A stretch of 64,000 nucleotides of DNA from Eledone cirrhosa (GCA_964016885.1 OZ024743.1:149792001-149856000); one strand, 5' to 3'; shown: positions 40,327 through 54,759, counted from the first letter of the stretch. The notes: generated from the letters alone by a model not told the origin. Numbers and translations: made by a program.

Positions 40327-40566
40327 AATGAAATAAATATGGTTTTATAAATATAGTTTCCATTTATTAATATTGTATATATATATATATCCCTGAAATA
40401 TGTATAATGAAATAAATATGGTTTTATAAATATAGTTTCCATTTATTAATATTGTATATATATATATATATATATATATACAATATTAATAAATGGAAAC
40501 TATATTTATAAAACCATATTTATTTCATTATACATATTTCAGGGATACCAAATTAAATTATGGTAT
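40290..40566. repeat. Direct plus inverted triplication of a unique segment around (TA)n
   Basis: Unit 40290-40375, partial direct copy 40388-40454, exact inverted copy 40481-40566. Confidence 0.93.
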
Positions 40567-41179
40567 ATATATATATATAGAGAGAGTGTAGGTTTTCACA
40601 CACACACACACATACATATATATATTTATATCATCATCATCATCATCATTTAACATCTGCTTTCCCTGTTAGCAAGGGTTGGACAATTCTGCAAATACCA
40701 AGTCAGTACTGAAGCCTGGCTAAATTTAGTCAGAAGGCATTGTTAGGTCTTGGTCTTAGTATTTTTTAGAAAACACATGGCTGAGATGCCACACTGGGAT
40801 CAGGCCCTAATCCCTATGGTTTCACAACAAATTTCTTAACTACACAGCTATGCCTGTATATTACATTTTAATTTTTTGCATTAGATTTGTATGTCTTTGA
40901 AAGCATATCAAAATGAAATTTCTCTATTTCAAAATTTATGTAACAGAAAAGTTACAGCTAGTAAACAAAGGAGAAAACGAACACAATATATAGAGTTGAA
41001 TATTTTTGTATATTTATTTAACCATTTTTATACCAAGCTGTCTGGAACTTCCACTGGTTCTATGATACAAATTTGTGTATCGTGTATCTTAAAGTGTTTA
41101 TATTTATTTAAAAACCTTCCATCACAATTGTATATAGTGGAATAAGTTTGTTAAGATATGCTCCAAACACAAGATTAAT

Positions 41180-41557
41180 AATTGTTTCTACTTTAGGCAC
41201 AAGGCCAGCAATTACCCAGTGTATTACTGGTACTTTATTTTATCGACCCCGTAAGGATGAAAGGCAAAGTTAACCTCGGCGGGATTTGAACTCAGAATAG
41301 CAAGGGCCGTAACTCTATGCGTCAAAGCATGGCGTCCGACCCTCTACCGATACTGCCAATCCACCGCCCTAATAATTGTTTCTACTTTAGGCACAAGGCC
41401 AGCAATTACCCAGTGCATTACTGGTACTTTATTTTATCGACCCCGTAAGGATGAAAGGCAAAGTCAACCTCGGCGGGATTTGAACTCAGATCGTAAAGGG
41501 ACATAACTATGCTGGAAAGCATGGCGTCTGACCCTCCACCGATACTGCCAATCCACC
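41180..41557 (-). mobile_element. Dimer of young SINE family A (subtype 2 followed by subtype 1)
   Basis: Monomers 41180-41370 and 41371-41557. Outer GATTAAT repeat at 41173-41179 and 41558-41564. Confidence 0.92.
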
Positions 41558-42319
41558 GATTAATGATGAAAAGTTAGTTATATTACTAAATCCCTCCAGA
41601 TTCTTGATTATTTGAATTATTTTTTTTAAATCATAGGCAGTATCTTTTATTAGAAATATAGTAATGCAATGATTAGTGAGGATTTGACTACTACTACTCA
41701 GATTTCCTACTCTCAGTTGTGTATGTGTGTGTATGTGAGTATACATGTTATGTGATTTAATATATTTACATACCTTACAAGTGTGCATCAAAAACATAGA
41801 TTGTTGTAATGAGAAATATCTCTTCCCCACTTCATTATCTCATGAATACATACACTACATTAATCCCACACACTCAACCAAACAATTTCTATAATTCTAG
41901 ATTAATAGAGATAGCCAACATTGGACTTGGTGCTCCTATGAAAAAAAATATCCAAGAAACATCCTATGAGATGCAACCTCTTAGTGTGAACCATAGCAAC
42001 ACCAATATGGATATAACAGAGAAGTTAGAACCAAATAGGTTATTTGTTGCATTTAATTCTTTTAATTAACAACTTCTAAGTTCAAATTGCTCTGTAATAT
42101 AATTGTTTTAATAGTCACTTTGTCTTTCCTTCCTCATGGTTCATAGAATATATGTCAATTTTACTCTGGAGTCAAATATAGTAAATTAACTTTATATTCA
42201 TTTTGTATGAAAATATGCATATTTAATTGTTCCGTGATACTTTGTAACCTACTGTAAAGAATACAAACAATACAGAACTACTGCTATCAGAGTATGTGTA
42301 TGAGAAGTTCTGCAATCAT

Positions 42320-42506
42320 GGATTGGCAGCATCGGTAGAGGGTCGGATGCCATGCTTTGACATATGGAGTTACGGCCCTTGCCATTCTGAGTTCAAATCC
42401 TGCCGAGGTTAACTTTGGCTTTCATCCTTACGGGGTAGATAAAATAAAGTACCAGTAATACACTGGGTAATTGCTGGCCTTGTGCCAAAAAGTAGAAACA
42501 ATTATT
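42320..42506 (+). mobile_element. SINE family A, subtype 1
   Basis: Colinear with 3139-3320, with several CpG to TpG/CpA changes. Confidence 0.92.
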
Positions 42507-43671
42507 AGATAAAGGTATGTTAATGTGTCAAACTAAACATAAAGGCTTTATAGCTTTATAAACAAGTATGAACATTCAATAAAAATGTATTGAACTCGAA
42601 CAGAGTCATGTCTTTAAAACATATTTGAAGGAAAGCTATTCCCTTCACCCCACATGCACACACATATACACACACATATGCAAGGTGTTGAGGGAGAAAG
42701 CTTTTGCAGCTTCTAAATATGGCTCATTGGATATTGAGTAAGGTTATTCCTCACTGTCTGATTCAAATCATGTGGTGGAATTAGGGGCTTCCAACTGCCA
42801 CTAACTGCTGCTAAACAAATCAGTCTTAAAAAATCATGCTCGAAATGGCCATTCAAGCATGACATGGTACTATGTGCAAATGGAAAGTAGATAAAAAAAA
42901 AAGTGATGGTAATGAAGGTGATGATAGTATTGGCTTTGTCTTTAAACTCCAACCACCAAAAATTAATAAAATTAATATCAGTAATATACTTGAGCTGTAA
43001 CATATTTGCTTTGTGCTTTGCCAAAACGTTTTTAATAACTTATTAGTGCATTATAATCAAGCCAACACATGATTCATAAAAAACAGGACAACTTGAAAGG
43101 TCTTGTACCTGAAAAATAATTCCTTATTATCTCTAGGCACTTGTATAAATTGTGTTAAAGCAATTGACTGCCTGCCAACTTCCTTCAAAATATTCAAGCC
43201 AAACTATAGAACAGAAAAAATTAAAATCTGATCCTTGCAGGAAATTATAAAAAGATGTTTGTCATATTTTCATGATATGATGGTTACTAAGTCTGATTTG
43301 TTTTTGATTCCCATTTAGAACCACTTAGTCTTCCATTTATAATAATTTTAGGAAAAACATCAGTATCACAGCTTCTTGTGTGATAAATGTGACAAATATG
43401 TAATAAACAATATTTCATATTGAGGTTATTGGGTGCAATCTAATGATTCTTGTGAATATACTGACATATATTTGTACTTCTATTGTATTATTTTGTTCTA
43501 CTCTGTTTAAAAATTTTAATTTTATATCAGCATTTTTAACTGAATCACATATATGTCAAATACATGGAGAGATGTCGCAAGCTGAAAAAAAAAAAAAAAA
43601 ATTGTATAAGAAAGTATGCCTGTATTTGTCTGAGAAAATAGTTATTTATGTTATGTTATGTATGTATATAC

Positions 43672-44148
43672 CAGTGGCAAAGGGTAACCTGAAAAGCAGG
43701 GCATGCAGTCCAATCGCCATGGCGGAAAGTGGAGCTGTGCAGCCTTAAACCCCCCCCCCCCAATTCCCTCTAAATGACCCCCCCCCCCCCCGGTCAAAGC
43801 CGCATGTAGTGTTATCTGCTGTGTGTGTGTGTTATCTTTTTATGTGTCTACGATTTAGTAGGCAGCAAAAATTCTGCTTGCTTCAGCCGATGCTGTCGTG
43901 TGTTTGTGTGTATGTGTGTGCATGTGTGTGTGTTATCTTTTTATGTGTCTACGATGTAGCAAGCAGCCAAAATTCTGCTTGCTTCAACTGACGCTATCTG
44001 TGTTTGTGTGTGTGTGTGTTATCTTTTTATGTGTCTACGATTTAGTAAGCAGCCAAAATTCTGCTTGCTTCAACCGACGCAATTGATCAACTCAAGATTC
44101 TATAACGCATGCACTGCATGCGTTGCATGCACGCACCCTTCGCCCCTG
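43672..44148. mobile_element. Non-autonomous TIR element (hAT-like) containing three ~90-105-bp tandem units
   Basis: TIRs CAGTGGCAAAGGGT / ACCCTTCGCCCCTG. Flanks GTATATAC / GTATGTAT (6 of 8). Internal unit GTTATCTTTTTATGTGTCTACGAT.TAG.A.GCAGC.AAAATTCTGCTTGCTTCA x3, separated by (TG)n. Confidence 0.72.
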
Positions 44149-47100
44149 GTATGTATGTGTGCATGAATGTATGTGTGTGTGTGTGTGTGTGTGTGCATGT
44201 ATGTTTGTGTATGTATATATGTGTCTTATATACTTACATACGTATGTGTGTGTACAAGAAATAAAGTATGTAGGTACTTGTATTTGAATGAAGAAGAATA
44301 TGTAAAGAAAAATGGATTTGTAAAGCAGAAAGGCTCTAAGTATGTAATTTATATATATATATATTGTGAATGTTAAAAAACTAAGACAAGCCATAAATTT
44401 GTCAACTGAAACATAATTGAAGTTCTTCAACTGCCACAATGTCGCTTTGGTATTTTGGCATTAAAAAATATGTACAGCTGATTTTGTCTATGTAAGGTCA
44501 TATGTGGAATTGTCTGCTAGTTGCTGTTAGAGGTCGAAGTATTTTGAGATATTTCATTCTACTGCCAAACACCAACACTCACTCACACACTCACACACAC
44601 ACACACATGTTAGAATCGTTTTTGTTTATTTAAAATTTAAAGAAAACAAAGTACCATTTTAAGCTAGCTGTTTGATGCGCTTGACTGAATAAAGTCATAT
44701 TTGAGGTTAAGTACTAAGCACACCAACAGTGTAGAGAATTGCTGGTGAGATGTGAATGTTGGTTTGTTGCTGTCTGCTTACTGCATAGCCTGATAGTTTT
44801 GTCCCCTTTGCCTTCTCTTTGGCAGGGGTCTGTTCCATAATCAGATTTTGTGTTAAACTCAATCCTATTAACTTGTGCACCATGATAAACCTTTACATAA
44901 GTTCCTTACTGATGACATTATAAAGCCATTCCACTATACACCAATCTCATATATTAATTAGATTCGTTTGAAATGTTGTTCTTCACCCCCCCCCCCCCCT
45001 CTCTCTCTCTCTCAGTTTTAAGACTAATTATGTTGCACTCAAAATTTCTGTTCTAAACATGGATGAAGTTTGAAACTTTGCTTGGTTTATATATCTCAAA
45101 ATAAGTGTTTGTTTCTTTAGTTACATATAACGTGCCTATTTTTTTCTTTTCTAAATTTATATTATAATCAGTTCTTTTCTTAATGTATATCTGTAATTGT
45201 TTCCTAATCCCATTCCTTTTATTAATTTTCATTTAATTGAGTTTTTAAAGTAGTATTTGTAATATGTTAACAAGAATGTGCCTTAAAAGGCTATATTCAT
45301 TGTTAATAAAGACTATTTTTTATTGACTTGGTTGAGTGGAGAGGATACACCATTGACACAGTAATATTATGGGTACTTTATTCAGCTCAGCTGTCAAAAC
45401 AAAGACACCCCAATCCTCATGTCTCATAACTAAATAATAACTTCTTTGAGATATTTATTCAATCTTTGCATACACATAGGTAATTAAATGTATAAACTTG
45501 AGCTTAAGCATTGAGTTAGTTTTTGTCTGCAGCAAAAACAAATTTAGAAGTAAATTATGTTGATGATTTGCTTAACTTCTAAACTTGCCTCAAAATCATA
45601 AGTCTGTGCCAACTGGACTAACTGTGTGTCCCATTCTCTGGTCTGGATATAGGTACCAAAATAGATTGTAGCATCATGAAATATGTAATCAGTCTCTTTA
45701 TCAATTGTGTTAATCACCATATTTGGGGAGTTGGGGAGCCACGTTTATAGTTAATTATATTTATATGATAACTTACAGCAAGGGTGGTTCTGAAATCCCA
45801 TACCAGTAATTAAATTAAAGAATAATAGAGAGACATTCGGATAAATTCTCTGTCATATATTCTAATTTCCACAATAAATTTCTACTCTATTGAGTTCTTA
45901 TTATCTTAGAGGTAATAATTCTAAGTATAACTTACCTATTGTTCTATATATGTGTGTATGGGTGTGAGTGTGTGTATTTAAGCTTTGTGCCATTACAAAG
46001 TTTTAGAGGATTTAGGTTGTGATTAGAGGAAGATTTAGCTGCTATTGTTATCATATTTAGCTACCATATAGTGGTCTCTACTATTACCTAATAGATATAT
46101 ACATACATACATAAAATAGTCCGAGGTGGTTTCAGTAAAATTCATCCGCTATTTCTATTAGGCCTGGCAACCACATAACCATTCCTTCATTATTGCAGAA
46201 TTCAGACAAAATTGTGCAACAGAAAATGATAAAAGAGTGGAGAAAGAAATAATTGAAAGATAAAATGTTCAGCTTTTGTTGAAAGAAATGCAAAATTTAA
46301 AAAGATCATTTAATCAAATATATTGTACATTTTATATCAAAATATATCTTATAAAAGCTTTCCCTGTAAGATAGCAAATAAAAAAGTATGTAGTTGTATG
46401 GGTGTTCGTTTTGTAGCTTCTGAATAACACACACATACATACACACACCCACACGCACACACACTCATATATACACACACACATGTAAAATGTAAAATGA
46501 TGATAATATATTTATGTTTGTATGTATGTATAAAAACATACATATCGTGAATCTGTATATACGATTTTGTGTTTAGGTGTTCCTATAACTACTTGTCTTC
46601 TCAAAGCCTACTCTATTCTTGAAGATTTAGTTGGAATTTTTTCCCCACCTCCATCACCACTGATTTCCCTAAATAGGTTAAGTTTGAATTGAAAGACCTC
46701 AAATCAGAGATTATCCTGGATTAGATAAATATTTGTACTCGACTAGAATATTACTGATTTTTATTGAAGAATTAGTCTATGCTTTGTGCATACAAGTTTT
46801 TCTTCTTTCTTTTCATCCCTCTACACTATTTTGTTCAAGTTTGTATGTAAAAATATATTGAAATATAATGCTGTTGCTGGTGTCACTTAAAAAAAGATAT
46901 TTGAACAGTAATTTCAATCTCAATATGTAGCTGAGGCTGGTTGTGATAAAAGCTGAAAATATTCAAGAAAATATTATCTGAAGCTAGGTATTTGTTTTGT
47001 TGTAGGAAAATCAATGGGAAATAACATAGTAGACAGAAATATATAAAATAAAGTATAAAGATATATTCCAATTATTTTATCATCGTTACATCTTAGATTT

Positions 47101-50100
47101 CCTTTGTATTCTATGTATTATTAAAACCTTTTACTGGGTCAGGGACTCATTGTTACCTATGAAGCTGGCACCAAATTAGCACAGGTAGAATATCAAAGTC
47201 TCTATTGGCAGTTGTATCACATAATTATCACAATATATTGTGATATTGCTTTGTAAGCAAAATTGATATATAATCTTTCTAGCTATCTTAGTAGATAAGC
47301 ATCACATAAATCACATGAATAATATGTAGGCTTTTTAAACCAGATTATATTACATGAATTTGTGTGATGACTTCATACATTTTTTTTATGTTTGAAACTT
47401 CGGAAAAGGCTTGCTTCTAACTCTACATTATGTAATTAATATAGTTATTTCTCTTCAACTTATATAAATTTTATAGACAAATAATATTTCGGTAAAATAA
47501 GGACTCCACCTTAAAATATTAACACACTTAGTGGTATAAATGTTTCAACAAAATTACATGTAGATATTTATTTTCACCTTAAATTTACTATGTAAATATA
47601 AAATTCCTTAGGTATGCAATACCATTTTATGTGTAAAAGTAAATATTTGCACATTGCCTGATATATTAGTAATTCATCTAAATATCATTTTTCCTATGAT
47701 AGTCTGTGGCTTCATATATATTTTGATATCTCTTCTTCATATCAATCATATATGTCATGTATCACCTGTGAAATATGTGAATTGAGATCTGTAAATTATG
47801 AGATTCCATATCACCATCATCTGAACAATATGTGACTGTGCATCACATTATCTATGTTAAATTATATAGTGTGTTATTTACCACTGCTTTTTCTATATAG
47901 AGCAATGTTCTCTGCTTTATATGTCTGCAGAGGTGCTTGTTTCTGTACAGAAATCTATATATAATTCAAAATATATGAAGATATATACTTGATCTGTCTT
48001 TAGAGAGGTGTTAAGCTTTGTCTGATTGACAAAAACCATTAATTGGCTATCTAATTAAAGCTGTTTTGGTCTACACTTTGATGTGATTGATTTGTCTTCA
48101 AATTGTTCATTTCATTCTTCTTTATATTTTTATTTAACTAAATTAAAGTGATCACTACTTAGCCTTATCAGCAATAGACCAACATGTTTTCAGTATTCAT
48201 TTAATTTACATAATTACAACTATGACTTACCATAAAACTACAAGTAACCAGCAAACACAATAAAATTGATTTCCTCTAGACTGTTGGTCACAGATGTCAA
48301 GTTTTATCTGATACATACAGCAACAACAAGCATTTTAAGACTATCTTCCCTGGTAAAGCTGGGGTTAGCCTTGCAATTCAAATATGCACATTCATCATAA
48401 TCATCATCATTTAATGTCCATTTTCTCTGCTATTGACAGATAAACATTCTACCTCTTTTGTAATTCTATATCTGTGTCTCATTATATTCATCTTTTATTA
48501 GTTTCAGTAATTGGACTGCAGCCATGCTGGGTCACTACCTTCAAGAGGTTTTAGTCGATTGTATTTACCCTCCATCATTTTGTCTAGTTCTTATTTTGTC
48601 ATTCTCATGATATTTAAATTCAAAATTGACACTGGTATGATGGGATGTAACTCAGTCAGGCATGATTTTTCTGTTCACATATTATTTCAGTTCAGGATGA
48701 TAATGATATTTACACACACACACACACATGCATGCACATATAAACAAAGAGCCCCCTGAACAATTTTTGTCTACAAAATCTTACTAGTATGATGGCAACT
48801 CAATGCTGTGATACATAGAACTTACTCAGTGTCATGCAGCAAGATTGAACTCTAAACTAGTTGTGAAGTTTATATTTCAACCACACCATGCTAGTGTGGA
48901 AGATGGACGTTAAACGAAGATGATGATGATGATGATGACAGCTAATCTTGCCTATGTTATCTTATTATCTCTCTGTCACTTTATCCCCCAGCAGGCCACA
49001 GCATTACATTCATTCATCTCACTCTGATTTTTTTACAGTTTCTGAGCACACACATCCTACATACATTCATTTGATTTTAATACATATGATAGTGCTTCTG
49101 TAGTTAGTTTCAGAAAAGCCTGTTTCCATTGAATCATGTCACAAAGAATCTTATCAGAGATATGAAACCTAGGTCTGTTATATTGTTTCAATATGATTGG
49201 ATGTGGAAGGTGACAAGAGAGATATTGACTTCAAGTGAATTTTATAAAAGGTGAATGAGGGTGGCAGGATTGGCTTGGCTAAAGAGGACAACTCTAACAA
49301 TATGACTGTGTGTGGGCCTACTCTCACAAATGCACACTAGTTACAGATACTTTTTGTTCCAGCTTTATGCACTAAACATTGCATATACAACACATAGGTT
49401 CTGTTCTCAATTCACTCATAATGCATTTTTCTTTAATATTCTTACACATACTCATACATGCATGCTCACATTCCATGCTGTGTTCACAGAAACTATAGAA
49501 TCTTGAAGACCATTGATCAGTTTTACACTTGACACACCATTTTCCTCTCTTGCAGCTGACAAGTGAAATGACTGCCTGTTCCATTGTTAGATTCAGTGTT
49601 TACACCTCAGTGCAACTCAACTATAACATAGTTTATTCTAGTCACAAGACATTATTTCTCTCACCCACCTCCCTGTCTCACTCGCCACCCTCTATCTCTC
49701 CCTCTCTCTTTCTCAAAATGTATTTGACTTTCCAGACAGAATACCATAGTTTCCCCAGAAGAATTTAAATTCTCTTAAAATTTCTTTGAATTGCACTTCC
49801 TGCTTGAGTATATGCAGAATCATGCTGCTTATGACCTATTTTGTAGGAGGCACTGCCTTCCACCGTTGACAGAGGAAACTGGTTCTAATTCAGTGAGGTT
49901 AGCAATACTTAATTTATAGTGTGACCCATTTAACTGAGCTATACTTTCTTCCAGTTTACAGAAGTAGGTGTTTCTAGTTCAACCTTACCAAAATTTAACG
50001 TATTGTGTGATCTATTTTGGTTCTACATTATTTTCCTCTGTGGCTGAGATAGATCTTTTGAAACTAGTAAATCTATTCTAATTCATTTTCCACTTCACTC

Positions 50101-50308
50101 TTTTTTATATTCTTCTTTTTATATTCTCAAAATTCTACAGTTGTTAGAATGTAAATGTTTATTTTGTTTATTTTGCTTCAATTTCTTTTGTTTTATATTT
50201 ATTATCTTTTACATTTTTTTGTTGTGGGTATTGTGGGAGAATAGTTGTATAACTGTTAATGAGAAACATTTTGTATTGTCACTTTATTACATTATGGATC
50301 TCTCTTAA

Positions 50309-50470
50309 CCCTTTAACATTTAAACTGGCCTCATTCTGTTCAAACTGGTATTAAGTTATTGTTCTCAAAATAAATAATATCATAATCTCATAGATTCGAT
50401 ATTATGTGAGGCAAAGACTTTACCGCAAAATACAGTAGTATATATATAGAATAATATAAATGATAAAAGG
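50309..50470. mobile_element. Diverged piggyBac-type element, opposite orientation to 31520
   Basis: TTAA-CCCTTTAACATTTAAACTGGCC...ATGATAAAAGG-TTAA. Shares TATTGTTCT.AAAATAAATAA and CTCATAGATTCGAT with the reverse complement of 31520-31704. Confidence 0.65.
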
Positions 50471-53400
50471 TTAAACAAAGTACTACTAAGTGATTAATAT
50501 TCTGTTAGATGAAAATTGTTTTTTTAGTTGTGGATTTAAATCTTCATTAGCATTAAGTTCTTTTACTGAAAAAAAAAAAATTGTAGGAACAAGAAATATC
50601 TTATAAATTTTGAAGTGGTTTGGTGAAGACAGTTAATATAAAAGTATAATCTAGAAAATTGTGAGCGAATTTGAGAAAATAGACTATGAGACAACCCGTT
50701 GTGGGTGTGTGTATGTTTATCTGTGTGTCTTCCAACAATCAACTTAGAAAGGTTGTCACATCTATGTAATCACTGTTCTCTCAAGGCAAATATACACATA
50801 CATGTATATATGTATATTTATATATATATATATATGTGTGTCTGTCTGTGTGTGTGTGTGTGTATGTATATATGTGTATATATATATGTGTGTGTGTATG
50901 TATATATATCTGTGTGTGCGTGTATGTATGTATATATGTATATATGTATGCATATATGTGTATATATATGTTAATATATATATATATATATATAGGTTAA
51001 ACAATGAAAACAAAACACACACACTCACACAACTCATTAATCAATTATATGTAACTGTAGTTATTTCATATGATTCTTCAATTTCATTTAACATAGTGTC
51101 TGCTTTAGGAAAACTTTGTGAAATATTGTACTTATTTAAGCTGATATCCTGATGAGTCAAGAGTATATATGAAGTGACTTCCTCCTGCAAGAGTAAGCCA
51201 GTTTTTGTCTACACTCCATAGGAGACATTTACTAATATGATATGTGATCTAAAGGGAATTGTGAAATCTCTTCACTGCTGAATGGATTCACTTCTTTTAA
51301 AGAAAATTTGTTACTTTCTTTCTACTTTTTATATTTGGTTGGTTGGGTGAATAGGGAATGAGCTGCAGAAAATGTCACAAAGTAGATGAAGAAGTCTAGC
51401 CCTGTTTAATAGTTATTTCTTTCAGAGTATTAATGCTTTGCTATGGTGGCAGCCTGAGATAAAATATTACTGATATGATTTCATCCCACCTTGGGGAATT
51501 TTTTTGTCATATCCCCCCCCCCCCCTCCTCTCTCTCTCTCTCATATTTTTGTATTTAAAAATTTTCTATGTGAAGTATTAGAAATCTATCTACTCTTTTG
51601 ACATTTCAATCCAGATTGTTTTCCCATCTGATATTATCAATTGCTCTTCATTTAATTTCATTTTCTTACCATTCACTTTACCCAGTGCAGTTTTCTTGCA
51701 AGTGTTAATGTGGTGGAGTAGCAAGACCCTCATCCCAAGGGCTCAGAGCTTGCATTTCTGTCCATAATCAATGCTTAGATGATCCCTTACCATCAATACC
51801 TCTTTGCCAATTGAAAATTGACACAATATACATTAACCTAGCTATGTATGAGCCAAAAAGGGACCCTCTAGATGGTTATTTGAGTTTGTTAGAAATAGCA
51901 ATTAAATTTTCTTTGAATTACAACCAACCATCTTAAGAAAGTGGATGGACACCTTAGATAATATTGTTCTAAATATTCCTCCTCCACCAACTCAAAAATA
52001 TAAAAAGGATTTGGAGAAGGCTCAAATGGGGTTTCTTTATTCAGAGATCAGCTAGATCAGGCTGACCTGGAGCTAAACAACAACAACAATGTAGCTTTGT
52101 TATTGTTCTAATCTCACATTTCACTACCATCATCATTGCATCTAATATTCAAATCTCCCCCATTGGCAATGCTCAAATTTTGATAAACCCTTATACAGTA
52201 TCTTAACACTGACTCTAAAATGAGCATTGCTTTTCTTCTAAATATGATGCTGTACATACCACAAGGCTTATGAGACTATAATATAATGGAGCGGGGGATA
52301 ATCCATTTGATTGAAATACAGTATTGTAAGTTGAAGCTTAGCCCCAGAAATATGCAATACAAATATGGCCCCTAAAGATAATCATCCATATCAATCTCAA
52401 CATTAATTGCATTGATCTAACTTTCTGGGTAAGCTTTTTAAGATGATGGTCTTTCTTCTCTTCCTCCTCAAACTTAGTAATTTAATTTAAAAAAATGGAG
52501 AATATTCAAGTTAGAATGTAATATAATTAGAAAGAAATAACTTGGTTTATAGGCCAACGAATGTCATGCAAACATTTTATTTTCATGAGATCAAACATCA
52601 GAATTTCTATCATATACTAACCTCCAATGCTTCAAACTTTATAATTTAATCATGCTAACCCCATATAGCATATGGCATAATCTGCTGTATGGTGTAAATA
52701 TACTGTGAAGATGATTTCCAGTTAAAACAGAGGTTAATGAGAGCATGTGATCAGGAACCAGCCTATGCTTGTTTAAAGATGCCTTAGACATACTTCTCAC
52801 TTATTATACTCATTAGATTCATTTTTCTTCAAGCTTTGTCCATTTATCTAGGGTTCAGGTTTTGTAATTACATTAACTCTCATGAGTTGGTGTTTAAGAC
52901 CCTAGTCCTCAATACAAAATAGTTTGTTTTAAAGTGCTTATATTTATCTAAAACGTTTCCATCAAAATTTATCTAAGACCCTTTGTTGTTTCAAACACCA
53001 ACTTAATGATAAGAAGAAATCCTAGTTTATTCATTGTTAAACCCTTTAGTTTTCCTCAGCAAACTTGCACTGTTAGTTTATTGGCAAAATCATTTAATAG
53101 TTACTTTCTACCTCAGCCAGAAATCCTCATCATCATTTTTATGTCCACTTTTCCATGCTGAATGGAAAGTATGAGACTGTTTCGAAGCAGTTTTTCTGTC
53201 AGCTATACTTTACTTTTAAGTGAGGTACATACATCTCATCTTTATCAACCCAGTTAGATACATAATGTATTGTTTATGCAGTCCTTAACGAAAGTCACCA
53301 GTTGCTTTAAATTGTGTTAGTATAAAGATGCACAGGGACAGATGCAGGCATATTCATACATGTGCACACAGACATACACACACACATTCACATACACAGA

Positions 53401-53851
53401 TACAATCAATGAGCTTCCGTACAGTTTCTATTTGCTATATTCACTCACAAGGTGTTGGTTGGCCAAGGTGCTATACTTTGGGATTAAACCTGAAGCAACA
53501 TTTTTGCAAGGCAAACTTCTTAAAAGAAAATCTCTCTAATATTTTGGATAGAGTTCTAAACTTACTGAGTGGATTAACATTTTACTGATACTATTTTATC
53601 AACACCCAAGGGATAAAAAATAAGTCTGAAATTTTAAAACATAAAGTACAAAACTATATTCAGCTTTCCATTAACTTCACCACCATCATCACAATAATTA
53701 TTATTACAATTTTTGTTTTTAGATTGTGCAGCATTTAGTTTTTTCTCAATGAAATATGAACAGAAATGAATTGATGTCAAATATGTAATGAAATCACTTA
53801 ACCTTTAACTTTACAAAATGCTGGTATAGTTGTGGTGGCAGTTGTGGTGGC

Positions 53852-53893
<42 letters not shown>

Positions 53894-54759
53894 CACTGAA
53901 AGAGAAATTATATACAAAAGAAAATGGATTAAAATATTTTATTAAATTGCTGCATTAAATATATAGATATGGAAGAGAATAAGCAATTATTGTCCATGTG
54001 TGTTTCTGCCTTTCCTTTTGATATTTAACTTTACAAACTATTGGTGATTGATAAGTTTTATTAGTTAAGGACAATAAAGAAATATTTCTCATTGATTGTG
54101 ACCTGTCATGTTAATTAAAGGTAATTAAAGTTAACTTTGCTGCTCTGGATATATTAATAAAGTGATTATTGATTTTAGTTGACAAACAAATAACCCAAGA
54201 GAATTGATTCTTTAATATGTATTATAATCTTTAATGCTGCCTTCGTCATTGATTTGTTTGAATTATTGTCATCTTTTAGAATTCGGTGACTCTTATACTT
54301 TTATATATCTTTTTTTTTCTTTTTCTCCATTGATTTACATGTTGGTTTTTCCTTAATGTTTATCATAAATTCATAACTACCATATTCAGTTTCTCTAAAA
54401 ATCTCAGCATTATTAAGTAAATTATACAATCAAATTATCTCATCTTGAATAAATTCTGAAATCAGACACCAGAGGGAGCTTGTTTACAAAGAATTTCTAA
54501 TTTCATATTGAAAGACACCATTGTTTAAAATACATTACATCAAATGAAGATGTCAGCAAACCTAACAATTCAAATGATTCATATCTACAATAGGATGGTT
54601 GTTTGTCTTTATACACATACACACATAAATATAATTCATCAGTTAACATGTTTTCCCTGCTAATATATATATATATGCAAGCATGGAAAATAGATGCAAA
54701 ATGGTAATGATAATGATGTCTCTAAGAGAATTATGCTGAATAAAATTAATATATCTCCC

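Noticed and set aside
43820-44080. Repeat-spacer-like pattern resembling a CRISPR array (also 60068-60305)
   Set aside because: The spacers are microsatellites, the repeats are too long, the context is eukaryotic, and there are no cas genes.
51149-51182. CTGATGA-GTCA...TGAC
   Set aside because: The stem is followed by TTCC rather than GAAA.
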